This document shows, piece after piece, positions 52,533 to 64,000 of a stretch of DNA of 64,000 bases (its first letter is position 1; every line of letters begins with the position of its first letter). The notes beneath the pieces were generated by a model. It did no database searches, was not told where the DNA came from, and was given only the letters and a program-made list of their open reading frames with translations. The translations under genes and the position numbers were made by a program. The stretch is from Malacoraja senta (lineage: Eukaryota). Where the stretch lies: assembly GCA_038087875.1 (NCBI GenBank), contig JAXLNO010000051.1:496001-560000 (forward strand), in the 5' to 3' direction.

Positions 52533-53251
52533 TTACTGACATGGACAACATGAATCTGTATTAAGTTACTACCCATCAAATACCCTCTCCTCTCCTCCCC
52601 TCTCCTCCACTCTCCTCTCCTCACCTCTCCTCTCCTCTTTCCCCTTTCTCCTCCCGTCTCCTCACCTCACTCCTCTCCTCTCTTGTCCCCCCTTTCTCCT
52701 CCTCTCTCTCGTCCCCCACCCCCTCCCCTCTCCCCTCCTCCCCACTCTCATCACCACATCTCCTCTCCTACCCCTCTCCTCCTATGCTCCACTCTCCTCT
52801 TATATCCTCTCCTCCCCTCCACTCCGCTCCACTCCTCTCCCCTGCTCTCTGCTCTCCCCTCCAGTACTCCATTTTCCTCCCCTCTCCTCTCTACTCTCCA
52901 ATCCTCCCCTGTCCTCTCCTCTCCTTTACTCCCTTCCTTCCTCCCACCGCTCTTCTACCCCCCTCATCTCTCCTCTCCTTCTCTGCTCCACTCCTCTACC
53001 CCTCCCCTCTCCCCTCCCTTCATATACTCCCGTCATCTCGTCTCCTACCATCTCATCTCCTCTCTCCTCTCCACTACTCCCATCTCGTCTCCTCTACACC
53101 ATCCTCTACACTGCTCTCCTCTCCACACCTCTCCAATCCCCTCCTCTGACCCCCTCCCACACCCTCTCTCTCCCCACCCCTCAAATCCAGCAGCAAAGAT
53201 AACTGAATTATTGTGTAGGTGAGAAATTATCTCCTCTCCTCTCCAATCCTC

Positions 53252-53451
53252 NNNNNNNNNNNNNNNNNNNNNNNNNNNNNNNNNNNNNNNNNNNNNNNNN
53301 NNNNNNNNNNNNNNNNNNNNNNNNNNNNNNNNNNNNNNNNNNNNNNNNNNNNNNNNNNNNNNNNNNNNNNNNNNNNNNNNNNNNNNNNNNNNNNNNNNNN
53401 NNNNNNNNNNNNNNNNNNNNNNNNNNNNNNNNNNNNNNNNNNNNNNNNNNN
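53252..53451. other. Assembly gap (200 N) at the orientation switch
   Basis: Run of N. Confidence 1.
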
Positions 53452-53459
53452 TGTCTCCT

Positions 53460-54752
53460 CCTCTGTTGGTAAGCTCTAACAGCATCACACTGGCTTTTGG
53501 TGTGACCCGTTCCCGAGCACCTGAAGCACCTACCATCTCTAAATTTACACGTCGCTGGCTCATGGCTGCGCCACATCTCCAGCACTTCTTGGAGAATTGA
53601 ACCTTGACTCTGGATGCCCTTGGTGGACTCCTTGTCTTCTTTAGTCCAGGCTGCTTCATTGGCTGGTTCTCAAAGGTTAATTTTGGTGTACCCATCCTAC
53701 CACCAATCTATCCCTTAGCATATTCTCCAGTTCCTTAAAATTACACCTATCACTTAACTGTTGAAGCCTTGCTAGGAACTGAGGGATTGTTCCATATGCT
53801 TGGGTGCAAGTATAGAATCGTTATCTTTGCACTATTTCTGTTGGTTTTGTTGAGAAATGAGCAATTAATGCCTCCTTACATTCCTTGTACGTTATACTAG
53901 CGGGTTTTGCTGACTGCAGCAACGCACGTTGGATATGATAACCCTTGCTTCCTAAACCTGTAAGGAACAATGCTATTTTCTTCTCTTCTGAAGTGACATC
54001 GTTTCAAGCGAACCTAGCCTCCAGGACTTTGGTCCATTCCTCAAAGGTATACCCAGATTCTAACTGGGGCACATTCCCAACTATTGTATAAGCCATGGTT
54101 ACACTGTTGCTACTCAGGTACACAATGATCCATCCTTTTACACAATGTTGTCTGCAATGGACTTATTTCCTTTACAATATTACTGAGCAGTTATCCAGTA
54201 AATTCACGAACAATAATTCTCTTATACTAATAGATTTATACTAACATACCAATATAATAATTAACTAATATAATACTTGGGAGGAGAGAGGACATACTAA
54301 TAATAATATACTAATATAATAATACACTAATATAAATGCAATGCACGCATATATCCTCTAAATTATTGTTCTCAATATTGTTCTGATTTGACTGTCTCTG
54401 GACACCGCTTCTAGCTTCTAGCTGTGCTGTCCCGCTACAGCACTGCCTGTTGCATGGCGATCGTGCGTTCCGGTTCCAACTTTTTGCGAGCCAAATACAT
54501 AGCTTGTCATTAACTTGATGTTCGATCTTGAGAATGCCTCAAATCGACCGTAATTCTGTTCCTGCTAACGGAATCGACATCCTCATCACCAAATTGGTAT
54601 GTATTTGCGCTGGAAACGGACTTAAATAAGACTCAGAACACACAGGCACTTAACATTCTTCTTGTATTGAAATCACCATCTTGAGACTCTCTGCGCATGT
54701 GTACCATCGCGCATGACCTTCAAAAATGCTAATCATATTCTCATACACAACA
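53460..54752 (-). mobile_element. Mag-like Gypsy remnant: LTR (54594-54752), PBS, leader and gag pseudogene from ATG 54096
   Basis: Minus-strand translation by hand gives MAYTIVGNVPQLESGYTFEEW...ALFLTGLG...RCNFKELENMLRDRLVVG with stops. Zinc knuckles include CWRCG and CFRCSGTGHTKSQC. Confidence 0.85.
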
Positions 54753-57098
54753 TGGGTGGAGAGGAGAGGAGGAGGAGAGGAGACAATCTCTTATCTCCAC
54801 CTATTATCTTTGGTGCTCGATTTGAGGGGAGGGGAGATGAGAAGAGGAGGAGGTAGCAGAGGGGAGAGGAGAGGGGAGAGGAGAGCGGAGGGGAGGGAGG
54901 GGGGAGGGAGGGGAGAGGAGTTGGGAGGGGAGGAGTGGTTGAGAGGAGGGGAAGGAGAGGGGTGGGGAGGTGTGGTTGAGAAGAGGGGAGAAGAGAGTGG
55001 ATGGGTGGAGGCGGGGAGGAGGGGTGGAGAGGAGAGGAGAGGAGGGGCGAGGAGAGTAGAGGGGGGAGATGGGAAGAGGGACGAGGGATGAGGAGAGCAG
55101 AGGAGAGAATAAGGTAGTGGAGGTTGAGAGGAGAAGAGAGGGTAAGAGGGGATAGGAGAAGGGAGGAGGGGAGCGGAGAGGCGAGGGGAGGAGAGGAGGG
55201 TGATGAAAGGGGAGGGAACGAGGGGAGAGGACAGGAGATGTGGGGGAAAAGATGTGGGGAGGAGGAGAGCAGTGGAGAGGGAGCAGAGGGGAGGAGAGTA
55301 CATGAGAGGAGAGAGGACAGAAAAGGTGAGGGGATGAAAGGAGAGGGGAGGGGAGGAGGGGATATGGGAAAGGAGAGGAGGAGAGATAGTGGAGAAGTGA
55401 GGAAGGAGAAGAGAGGACGGGAGTGGCAATAGGAGAGGGAAGGAAGGGAGAGGTGAGGAGGAGATGATACAATCTCTCCTCCACCAATTCTCTTTGGTGT
55501 TGGATTTGAGGGGAGAGGAGACAAGAGGAGGGGGAGGAGGTAATAGGAGAAGGGAGGAGGAGGAGGAGAGGGGAGGATAGGCGAGGGGAGGAGAGGTGTG
55601 GTTATGAGAGAGGAGGGTGGGGCAGCGGTGCGAGAGGGAGGGTAGGAGAGGGGGAATGAGAGGAATGGAGGGGAGGAGAGGAGATGGGAGAAGGGGAAGG
55701 TAGTAGACGAGAAGAGAAGGGAGGTGAGGAAGGGGGTTAGTGGGGACGGCGGGGAGCGCGGAGGACAGGAGTGGGAGAGGGAGGGGAGCCAAGAGGACGG
55801 GAGGAGAGGAAAGGAGATGGGGAGTTGGGAGGAGGGTCGAGGGGAGCAGATGAAGAGGAGGGGAGTGGAGGGTGGTGGAGAAGGGAAGAGACGAGAGGGT
55901 AGGAGGGGATATGATGGGTGAGGAGGGGAGAGGAGAGTGGCGGAGATGGGGAACTGGAGGGGAGAGGAGAGGAGAGGAGTGGAGAGGATAGAAGAGGAGA
56001 GGAGAGGAGAGGGGAGGAGAGGAGGAGAGCAGAGGAGAGGAGATGAGAGGAGAGGGGACAATCTCTCACCACTGTATTCAAATTGTCTTTGGTGCTGGAT
56101 TTGAGGGGAGTGGAGAAGAGAGGGAGAGGGGGAGACGGGTGGATGGGAGAGAGGAGAGTAGGGAAGAGAAGGAGGGAAGGGGAAACAAGAGCGGAGGGGA
56201 GGGGTGAGAGGAAATGTGAGGGAGTGAGGAGAGGGAGAGGGAGCAGAGAGGTTGGGGTAGAGGAGAGGGGGAGGGAGGAGAGGAGGTGGGGAGGATTGGA
56301 GAGGAGAGGAGATAATTTCTCACCTACACAATAATTCAGTTATCTTTGCTGCTGGATTGAGGGGTGGGAGAGAGAGGGTGTGGGAGGGGGGCAGAGGAGG
56401 GGATTGGAGAGGTGAGGAGAGGAGAGGAGAGCAGTGTAGAGGGTGGTGTAGAGGAGACGAGATGGGAGTAGTGGAGAGGCGAGAGGAGATGAGATGGTAG
56501 GAGACGAGATGACGGGAGTATATGAAGGGAGAAGGGGAGAGGGGAGGGGTAGAGGAGTGGAGCAGAGAAGGAGAGGAGAGATGAGGGGGGTAGAAGAGCG
56601 GTGGGAGGAAGGAAGGGAGTAAAGGAGAGAGGACAGGGGAGGATAGGAGAGTAGAGAGGAGAGGGGAGGAGAAGGGAGTACTGGAGAGGAGAGGAGAGAG
56701 CAGGGGAGAGGAGAGGAGCGGAGTGGAGGGAGGATATAAGAGGAGAGTGGAGTATAGGAGGAGAGGGGTAGGAGAGGAGATGAGGTGATGAGAGTGGGGA
56801 GGAGGGGGAGAGGGGAGGGGGGTGAGGGGATGAGAGAGAGGAGAGGAAAGTAAAGGAGTGAGAAAAGCGGGGGTGGGGCGAGAGGAGAGAAGGAAGGGGA
56901 GGGAGGCAGCGGATGGGAGAGGAGAGAGGAGGAGAAAGGGGGGACAAGAGAGGAGAGGAGTGAGGTGAGGAGACGGGAGGAGAAAGGGGGAAGAGGAGAG
57001 GAGAGGTGAGGAGAGGAGAGTGGAGGAGAGGGGAGGAGAGGAGAGGGTATTTGATGGGTAGTAACTTAATATAGATTCATGTTGTCCCATATCAGTAA

Positions 57099-57649
57099 AG
57101 GGCTGTCCCACTGCGGTGACCTAATTGGCGAGTTTAGAAGAGTTTAGGAGAGTTTGAAAAAGTGTCATGTTGAAGACCTCCTTTGACTATGTAGAAGACC
57201 TCCTTCGACCTCTTCGACTATGTTGAAGACCAGCTTCGATTGCTCCGGGAAAATTGGACACCGAATGGTGAAGACGACCTCCTTCAACGTCTTTCGACCA
57301 CCTTCGACTATGTTGAAGACTATCTACGACTACCTACGATTACCTTCGACTACCCTCGTTTACCTACGAATAACATGCCGACCTACTACGACCTTCTTCG
57401 ACTAAAGATACGAGGGGTAAAAAAGAGAAAATTTTCCATGGCAACCTTTTTTTACTCGCGGGCATTTTTCAGCATGTTGAAAAATACACCGCAACCTAGC
57501 TGAGGCCACGAGTACGCGGGGACTATTCTCGAGCATGAAGGAGAGTTACAAAGACCTCATAGGACCTCGTGTCGACCATTCTGCGCGTATGAGTTGAGGG
57601 CAAACTCTTCTAAACTCGCCAATTCGGTCGCCGCAATGGGACAGCCCCC
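57099..57649. mobile_element. Harbinger-type MITE, inverted-arm copy (longest version)
   Basis: Same TIRs, with a TAA TSD on this strand. Confidence 0.88.
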
Positions 57650-60600
57650 TAAGTCATATTTTATTCCAGCCAAGATTTCACCGGACTGCTTCCCAGAAAA
57701 TATACAAATAGGGTCGGAGCCCTTTTGTGATGACTGTAAGGACAGTCTTACACAGACTCAACAGGTTGGAGGGAGAAATAGTGGAGAGGAGAGAAGAAAG
57801 GGGGGGAGTAGATGGGAGGGAGGAGGGGAGGCCGAGGAGAGGAGGGGTGAGGCGAGGAGGGGGAAGGAGAGGAGAGGAGGGGAGAGGAGAGGAGAGGTGA
57901 GGGAAGGAGGGGAGGGGAGAGGAGAGGCGATGGGAGGACAAAAGGAGAGAGGAGAGCGGAGGTGCGGAGGGGAGGAGAGGAAAGTAAAGGAGGAGCGAGA
58001 AAAACAGAGGAGAGGTGCGGGGGAGAGGGTAGGGAGGGGAGGAGAGGTGCGGAGAGAGGTGAGGGGGAGATGAGAGGGAGATGGAGGGGAGCGGGAGATG
58101 GAGGGGAGCAGAGAGGAGGGGAGGAGAGGAGTGGAGAGGGGAGGAGAGGAGAGGAGAGGAGAGGAGAGGAGAGGAGAGGAGAGGGGAGGAGAGGAGATGA
58201 GAGGAATAGGAGAGGAGAGGAGAGGAGAGGAGAGGAGAGGAGAGGAGGAGAGGAGAGGAGAGGAGAGGAGACGAGGGAGAGAGAAGGGGACAATATCTCA
58301 CCTCCACTATATTACAATTATCTTTGGTACTGGATTCGAGGGGTGGGGGGAGAGAGGGAGAGGGAGGGGGGAGAGGGGGAGAGTGAATGGGATTGGACAG
58401 TGCAGGAGAGGAGAGAATGGAGAAGGGGAGAGGAGAGGGGAGGAGAGGAGAGGCGAGGATAAGAGTGGGGGTAGTCCTGGACAAAGATCATAGAGCGGAG
58501 ATCTTTGGTCCTGGCTTGCTCCTCCCCCTTCCCAGCTCTCCCACAGCCCACTGTCTCCACCTCTTCCTTTCTACTACCCCCACCCCCACATCAGTCTGAA
58601 GAAAGGTCTCGACCCGAAGCGTTACCTATTCCTTCGCTCCATAGATGCTGCATCATGCGCTGAGTTTCTCCAGCATTTTTATCTCCCTTCGATATTTCCA
58701 GCATCTGCAGTTCTTTCTTAAAACGATCAGCCATGATTGAATGGCGGACTGGACGCGATAGGCCGAATGGCCTAATTCTGCTCCAGTGACTTATGAACAG
58801 CTTTATGCTGCGTGCTGACCAGTCAGCGGAAAGACTATACATAATTACGTTCACAGTGTACAGATACATACATGTACATATACAGATACGTACACGGAAC
58901 ATGTACATATGCATATACAGAATATACAGATACATAATACAGATAAATGAGAGTGTGGCCAGGGTGCTCCCTCGGCAAGGCCAACAGCAACCAGTCTCAC
59001 CCCGGTCAACTCCCTCTTCTCTCCTCTCCCATCAGGCAAGAGGTACAGAATTGTGAAAACGCACACCTCCAGATTCAGGGACAGTTTCTTCCCAGCTGTT
59101 ATCAGGCAACTGAACCTCCAAATCACCAACTAGCGAGCAGTCCTGACCTCCCATCTTCCACATTGGAGACCCTCGGATTATTTTAATCGGACTTTACCAG
59201 ATTTTATTTTGCACTCAAAGTTATTCATGTTATTCTCTTTATCATGTGTTTGTACAATGTGGACGTCTCGATTGTGATCATGTATTGTCTTTCCGCTGAT
59301 TGGTTAGCACGCAACAAAAGCTTTTCACTGTACCTCAGTACACGTGACTATCAACTAAACTCAACTGAAATCTAAAGCCATAAGATCATAAGGAATAGGA
59401 GTAGAATTTGTCCATTCGGTCATCAAATCTACTCCGCCATTCAAGCATGCCTGATCTATCTCTCCTTCCTCACCCCATTCTCCTACCTTCACCCCATAAC
59501 CCCTGACACCCATACTAATCAGCAATCTATCTATCGCTACCTTAGGAGTTGAGGAAACACTTTTTCACACAGAGAGTAATGAGTCTGTGGAGTTTTCTGC
59601 CTCAGAGGGTGGTGGAGGCCGGTTCTCTGGATACATTCAAGAGCCAGATAGGGCTCTGAAAGTTAGCGGAATCAGGGGATATGGGGAGAACGCAGGAACG
59701 GGGTACTGAATGGGGATGATCAGCCATGATCACATTGAATGGCGGTGCTGGCTCGAAGGGCCGAATGGCCTACTCCTGCACCAATTTTCTATTGTCTATG
59801 AAAATTATGCATTGACGTGGCCTCCACAGCCTTCTGTGGCATGGAATTCCACAGATTCACTGAAGAAATTCCTTCTCGTCTCCTTCCTGAAAGAACGTCC
59901 TTTAATTCTGAAGTCAGGCCCATGCTTAATATTTTTCCTCACTGTTTTTTCTCGTCTATGCATGGGTACGTTTGCTGGACTATAACAGAGTTGGAATATC
60001 TCGACATGCTGCTGGCACGAGAGAGCTGTATTGAGGACATTGCTCTTGGGCACATGCGGCCAATGTTTTCTCAAACACAGCGCTGTCCATTTTACTTCTT
60101 GCAGCGCTCAAGCCGGTGCCCAGTGTAATAAATCAAGAGGGTCAAATGACTGCTGTGGCTGTTATCAGCGACGCAACAGAAAGCGGACAAACAAACAGTC
60201 TGATGTTGAAGTAAACTTCTGTTTCCTAGATTGGATATTTCCCCGTGCCAAAGTTCATCGTCGTTGATTAGATGTGAGGCCTGCACGACACAAAGCCAGG
60301 GCAATTATGGATTTATAAACATAAATACGGTCATTTTAAATGTTGGCTTTTTTTCCCTTGTTAATGTTCCTGCCAATCGCTCTCTTTCTACTCCCCAAAC
60401 CCTTTGTAAGATGTCACATCCAGTTGGGAAAGACACCAAGTGTTGGAGTAGCTCAGCGGTTCAGGCTGCAATCCCTGGAGAACATAGATAGGCGACGTTT
60501 CGGGTCGGGACCCTTCTTCAGACTCGACCTAAAACGTCACCTATCAACCTTCTCCAGAAATGTTACCTGGCCCGCTTAGATATAGAGTCACAGGGTTAAA

Positions 60601-63288
60601 TACAGCATGGATTCAAACTCTTTGAATCACTTCCCTCTGGAAGGCGACTCCGGACTGTCAAATATGCCACAGCCAGACATAAAAAACAGCTTTTTTTCAA
60701 CGAGTAGTAGCTCTACTCAATAACCAAACATCTGTGGCATTCTTTTGCTCTGGTATTTTATTTAATTCACATGTTTAATCAATAATGTTTTATTATTAAT
60801 GTTTTATGTGTCATTCCAAACTGTCACGGTATGTCATGTTGTCACTTGCGGGCGGAGCACCAAGGCGAATTCCTTGTATGTGAATATTTGGCCAATAAAC
60901 CTATTCATTCATACATTCGTAACAGGCCCTTCGGCCTAACTTGCCCACACCAACCAACATGCCCCATCTACACTAGTCCAGCCTGCCTGCGTTTGGCCCA
61001 TTTCCTTAAACATTGCAATATCCGTGCCTCAACTACCTCCTCTGGCAGCTCGTTCCATACACCCACCAACCTTTGTGTGGAGATTTACCCCTCAGATTCC
61101 CATTAAATCTTTCCCCCCTCACCTTAAACCTAAGTCCTCTGGTCCTCGATTCCCCTACTCTGGGCAAGAAACTCAGTGCGTCTACCCGATCTATTCCTCT
61201 CATGATTTTGTACACCTCTATAAGATCACCCCTCATCCTCCTACGCTACAAGGAGTCTCTAGTTGCTGCCTGACCCGCTGAGTTACTCCAGCACCGTGTG
61301 ACTTTCCTTGGTAAACCAGCATCTGCAGTTCCTTATTTCTAAATCCTGTTGGGGTCTGGTTCCAAGGACATTTATACAAGACGCCTCCAAGCTAACCCCC
61401 GTCCGTGGAGTGCAGGAGGATTAGGGGTGATCGTGTAGAGATGTATAATATCATGAGGGGAATAGATAGGGTGAATGCCCAGAGTAGGGGAATCGAGGAC
61501 CAGAGGACATAGGATTAACGTGAAGGGGAATAGATTTAATAGGAATCTGCAGTTGTACAGAGCCCTATTGAGCAAACACCTGGAGTATTGTGTGCAGTAT
61601 TGGTCCCCTAATTTGAGGAAGGACATTCTTGCTATTGAGGGAGAGCAGCATAGATTTACAATTTTAATTCCCGGGATGGCAGGATTGTCGTATGCTGAGA
61701 GAATGGAGTGGCTGGGATTGAACACTCTGGAGTTTAGACGGATGAGAGGGTATCTCGTTGAAACATATAAGATTGTTAAGGGTTTGGACAAGCTAGAGGC
61801 AGGAAACATGTTCCCGATGTTGGGAGAGTCCAGAACCAGTGGCCACAGTTTAAGAATAAGGAGTAAGCCTTTAAAACGGAGACGAGGAAACACTTTTTCT
61901 CACAGAGTGGTGAGTCTGTTGAATTCTCTGTCTCAGAGGGCGGTGGAGGCCGGTTCTCTGGATGCTTTCAAGAGAGAGCTAGATAGGGCTCTTAAAAATA
62001 GCGGATCAGGGGATATGGGGAGAAGGCAGGAACGGGGTACTGATTGGGGATGATCAGCCATGATCACATTGAATGGCGGTACTGTCTCGACGGGCCGAAT
62101 GGCCTCCTCCTGCACCTATTGTCTATTGTCTATTGAATCAAAGAATACATTTTTTCACACAAAGGGTGGTGGGTGTATGGAACGAGCTGCAGGAGGAGGT
62201 AGTTGAAGCTGGGACTATACCAACGTTTAAGAAACAGATTGACAGGTACATGGATAGGACAGGTATGGAAGGATATGGGCCAAACACAGGCAGGTGGGAC
62301 TAGTGTAGCTGGGACATGTTGGCCGGTGTGGGTAAGTTGGGCCGAAGGGCCTACTTCCACACTGTATCACTCTGTGACTCTGTGTGTGTTGACTGTTTTA
62401 CTCGCGTGACTGCTCTTCAGAGCAAGTCGTGCCGTGCTCTGGCCACTTGGATGCAGAGGTCACCAGTTCAAAAACTACCTGCTGTAACTTGTGAATTTGA
62501 ATTTAAACACCAGTGAGACAAGAAATTGATCCTGAGTGCTGGCAGATTGTCATTCACAATCCAAATGGTTTGCACATGTGAAAGGGAGGAAGGCATGTTG
62601 CCACCTCTGTGTGGTCTGGATTAGATACACACTCTGATTCACACAAAGAGCTTCACAGAGACGTCCAATATTCATCAGTTCATAAATGATAGGAGCAGAA
62701 TTATGCCATTTGGCCCATCAAGTCTACACCGCCATTCAACCATGGCTGATCTGTCTCCCCTTCCTAACCCCATTCTCCTGCCTTCTCCCCATAACCCCTG
62801 ACACCCGTACTAATCAAGAATCTATCTATCTCTGCTTTAAAAATACCCAATGACTTGGCCTCCACAGCCTTCTGTGGCAAAGCATTGCGCAGATTCACCA
62901 CCCTCTCTAGTTGTGGTGGGATGATCCAGTTGCCTGATCACAGCTGGATCTGGAGGTGTGCGTTTTCACACTTCTGTAACTCTTGCATGATGGGAGAGGG
63001 GAGAAGAGGGAGTGGCCGGGGTGAGACCAGTCCTCGGTGATGCTGCTGGCGTTTCCGAGGCAGCGTGTGGTGTAGATGGAGTCAATGGAAGGGAGGTCGG
63101 TTTGTGTGATGGTATGGGCTGCGTCACCTCTCTCCACTCTCAGTCCTGATGCAGGCTCCCTGCCCGAAATGTCGTCCATCCCTCTGCCTCCACAGATGCT
63201 GCCCGACCCACTGAGTCCCTCCTGCCGTTTGTCCTTGTTACAGATTCCAGCCTCAGCAGAGGCTGTGTCTCCTCTCTCCCAATGTGGA

Positions 63289-63598
63289 GTCACACGATGG
63301 CGCAGCGGTAGAGTTGCTGCCTCACAGCGCCAGTGGTCCTGGTTACATCCTAACTACGGGTGCTGTCTGTACGTAGTTTGTACGTTCTCCCCGTGACCTG
63401 CGTGGGTTTACTCCGGGTGCTCCGGTTTCCTTCCACGCTCCAAAGACGTGCAGGTTTGTAGGTTAATTGGCTTCGGTAAAGATTATAAATTGTCCCTAGT
63501 GTGTGTAGGATAGTGCTAGTGTACGTGGTGATCGCAGGTCTGCGCGGACTGGGTGGGCCAAAGGACCTGTTTCCACGCTGTATCTCCAACCTAAACTA
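63289..63598 (+). mobile_element. tRNA-derived SINE, mirror copy of 46165-46473
   Basis: Same A/B boxes, body and tail. Confidence 0.85.
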
Positions 63599-64000
63599 GA
63601 TATTTGCTCTGCTTGTCATGCTGGTGGTGGAGATAACGAAGTCGCTCCACGATAAATTCTAGAAACATGGAACTGCAAAACACAAATGTGATGCTCTCTC
63701 TCTCTCTCATTTCCCTCTCCCCTTACTCTCAGTCTGAAGAAGGGTCTCGACCCAAAAGGTCACTCATTCCTTTCCTCCAGAGATGCTGCCTGTCGTGCTT
63801 GAGTGTTCCTCCAGCACTGTGTTTTATGCCACATAACTTTTAGTCTTGAGGCACAGCGCGTAAACGGACCCTTCAGCCCACCGATTGCGCGCCCACCATC
63901 GATCCCCGCACACTGACACTATCCTACACACACACTCGGGATAATTCACATTTTTTTTGACCAATGCCAACTTGGAGGAGGTGTGGAGGAGACGAGCTGT

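Larger units (their letters stand above)
45770..64000. repeat. Large inverted duplication: 45770-53251 versus ~56290-64000 (probably continues past the window)
   Basis: Mirror-image ORF pairs, e.g. 46173+/63350-, 47821-/61475+ and 49156-/60231+, plus directly matching sequence. Confidence 0.95.

Noticed and set aside
44800..58560. Long S/P/L-rich and G/E/R-rich ORFs (up to 442 aa)
   Set aside because: They are stop-poor readings of CT/GA low-complexity tracts.

Overview
This is repeat-dominated vertebrate DNA, most likely from a cartilaginous fish such as a skate or ray (inferred from the CR1/HER1-type LINE tails and HE1-type tRNA SINEs). It contains no intact host gene. Bases 1-7.0 kb are the edge of a CpG-rich satellite with a 25-bp monomer and a ~3.26-kb higher-order duplication. 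From 8 to 25 kb there is a degenerate CR1, a 5'-truncated L1, two orphan promoter-like motif clusters, and CsRn1-clade Gypsy LTR elements duplicated across a 200-N gap. From 25 to 64 kb a ~10-kb composite unit recurs three times: two head-to-tail copies, then one inverted copy across a second gap. The most notable structure is a PIF/Harbinger-type element at 30127-43852 with ~45-bp TIRs and a TAA TSD, whose empty site is visible in a paralog. It appears to carry the 5' end of a host gene (a candidate non-coding exon plus a signal-peptide exon). It also hosts a full-length L1, which in turn hosts a CR1 and a complete Gypsy element. All identifications were made by eye; no database searches were run.
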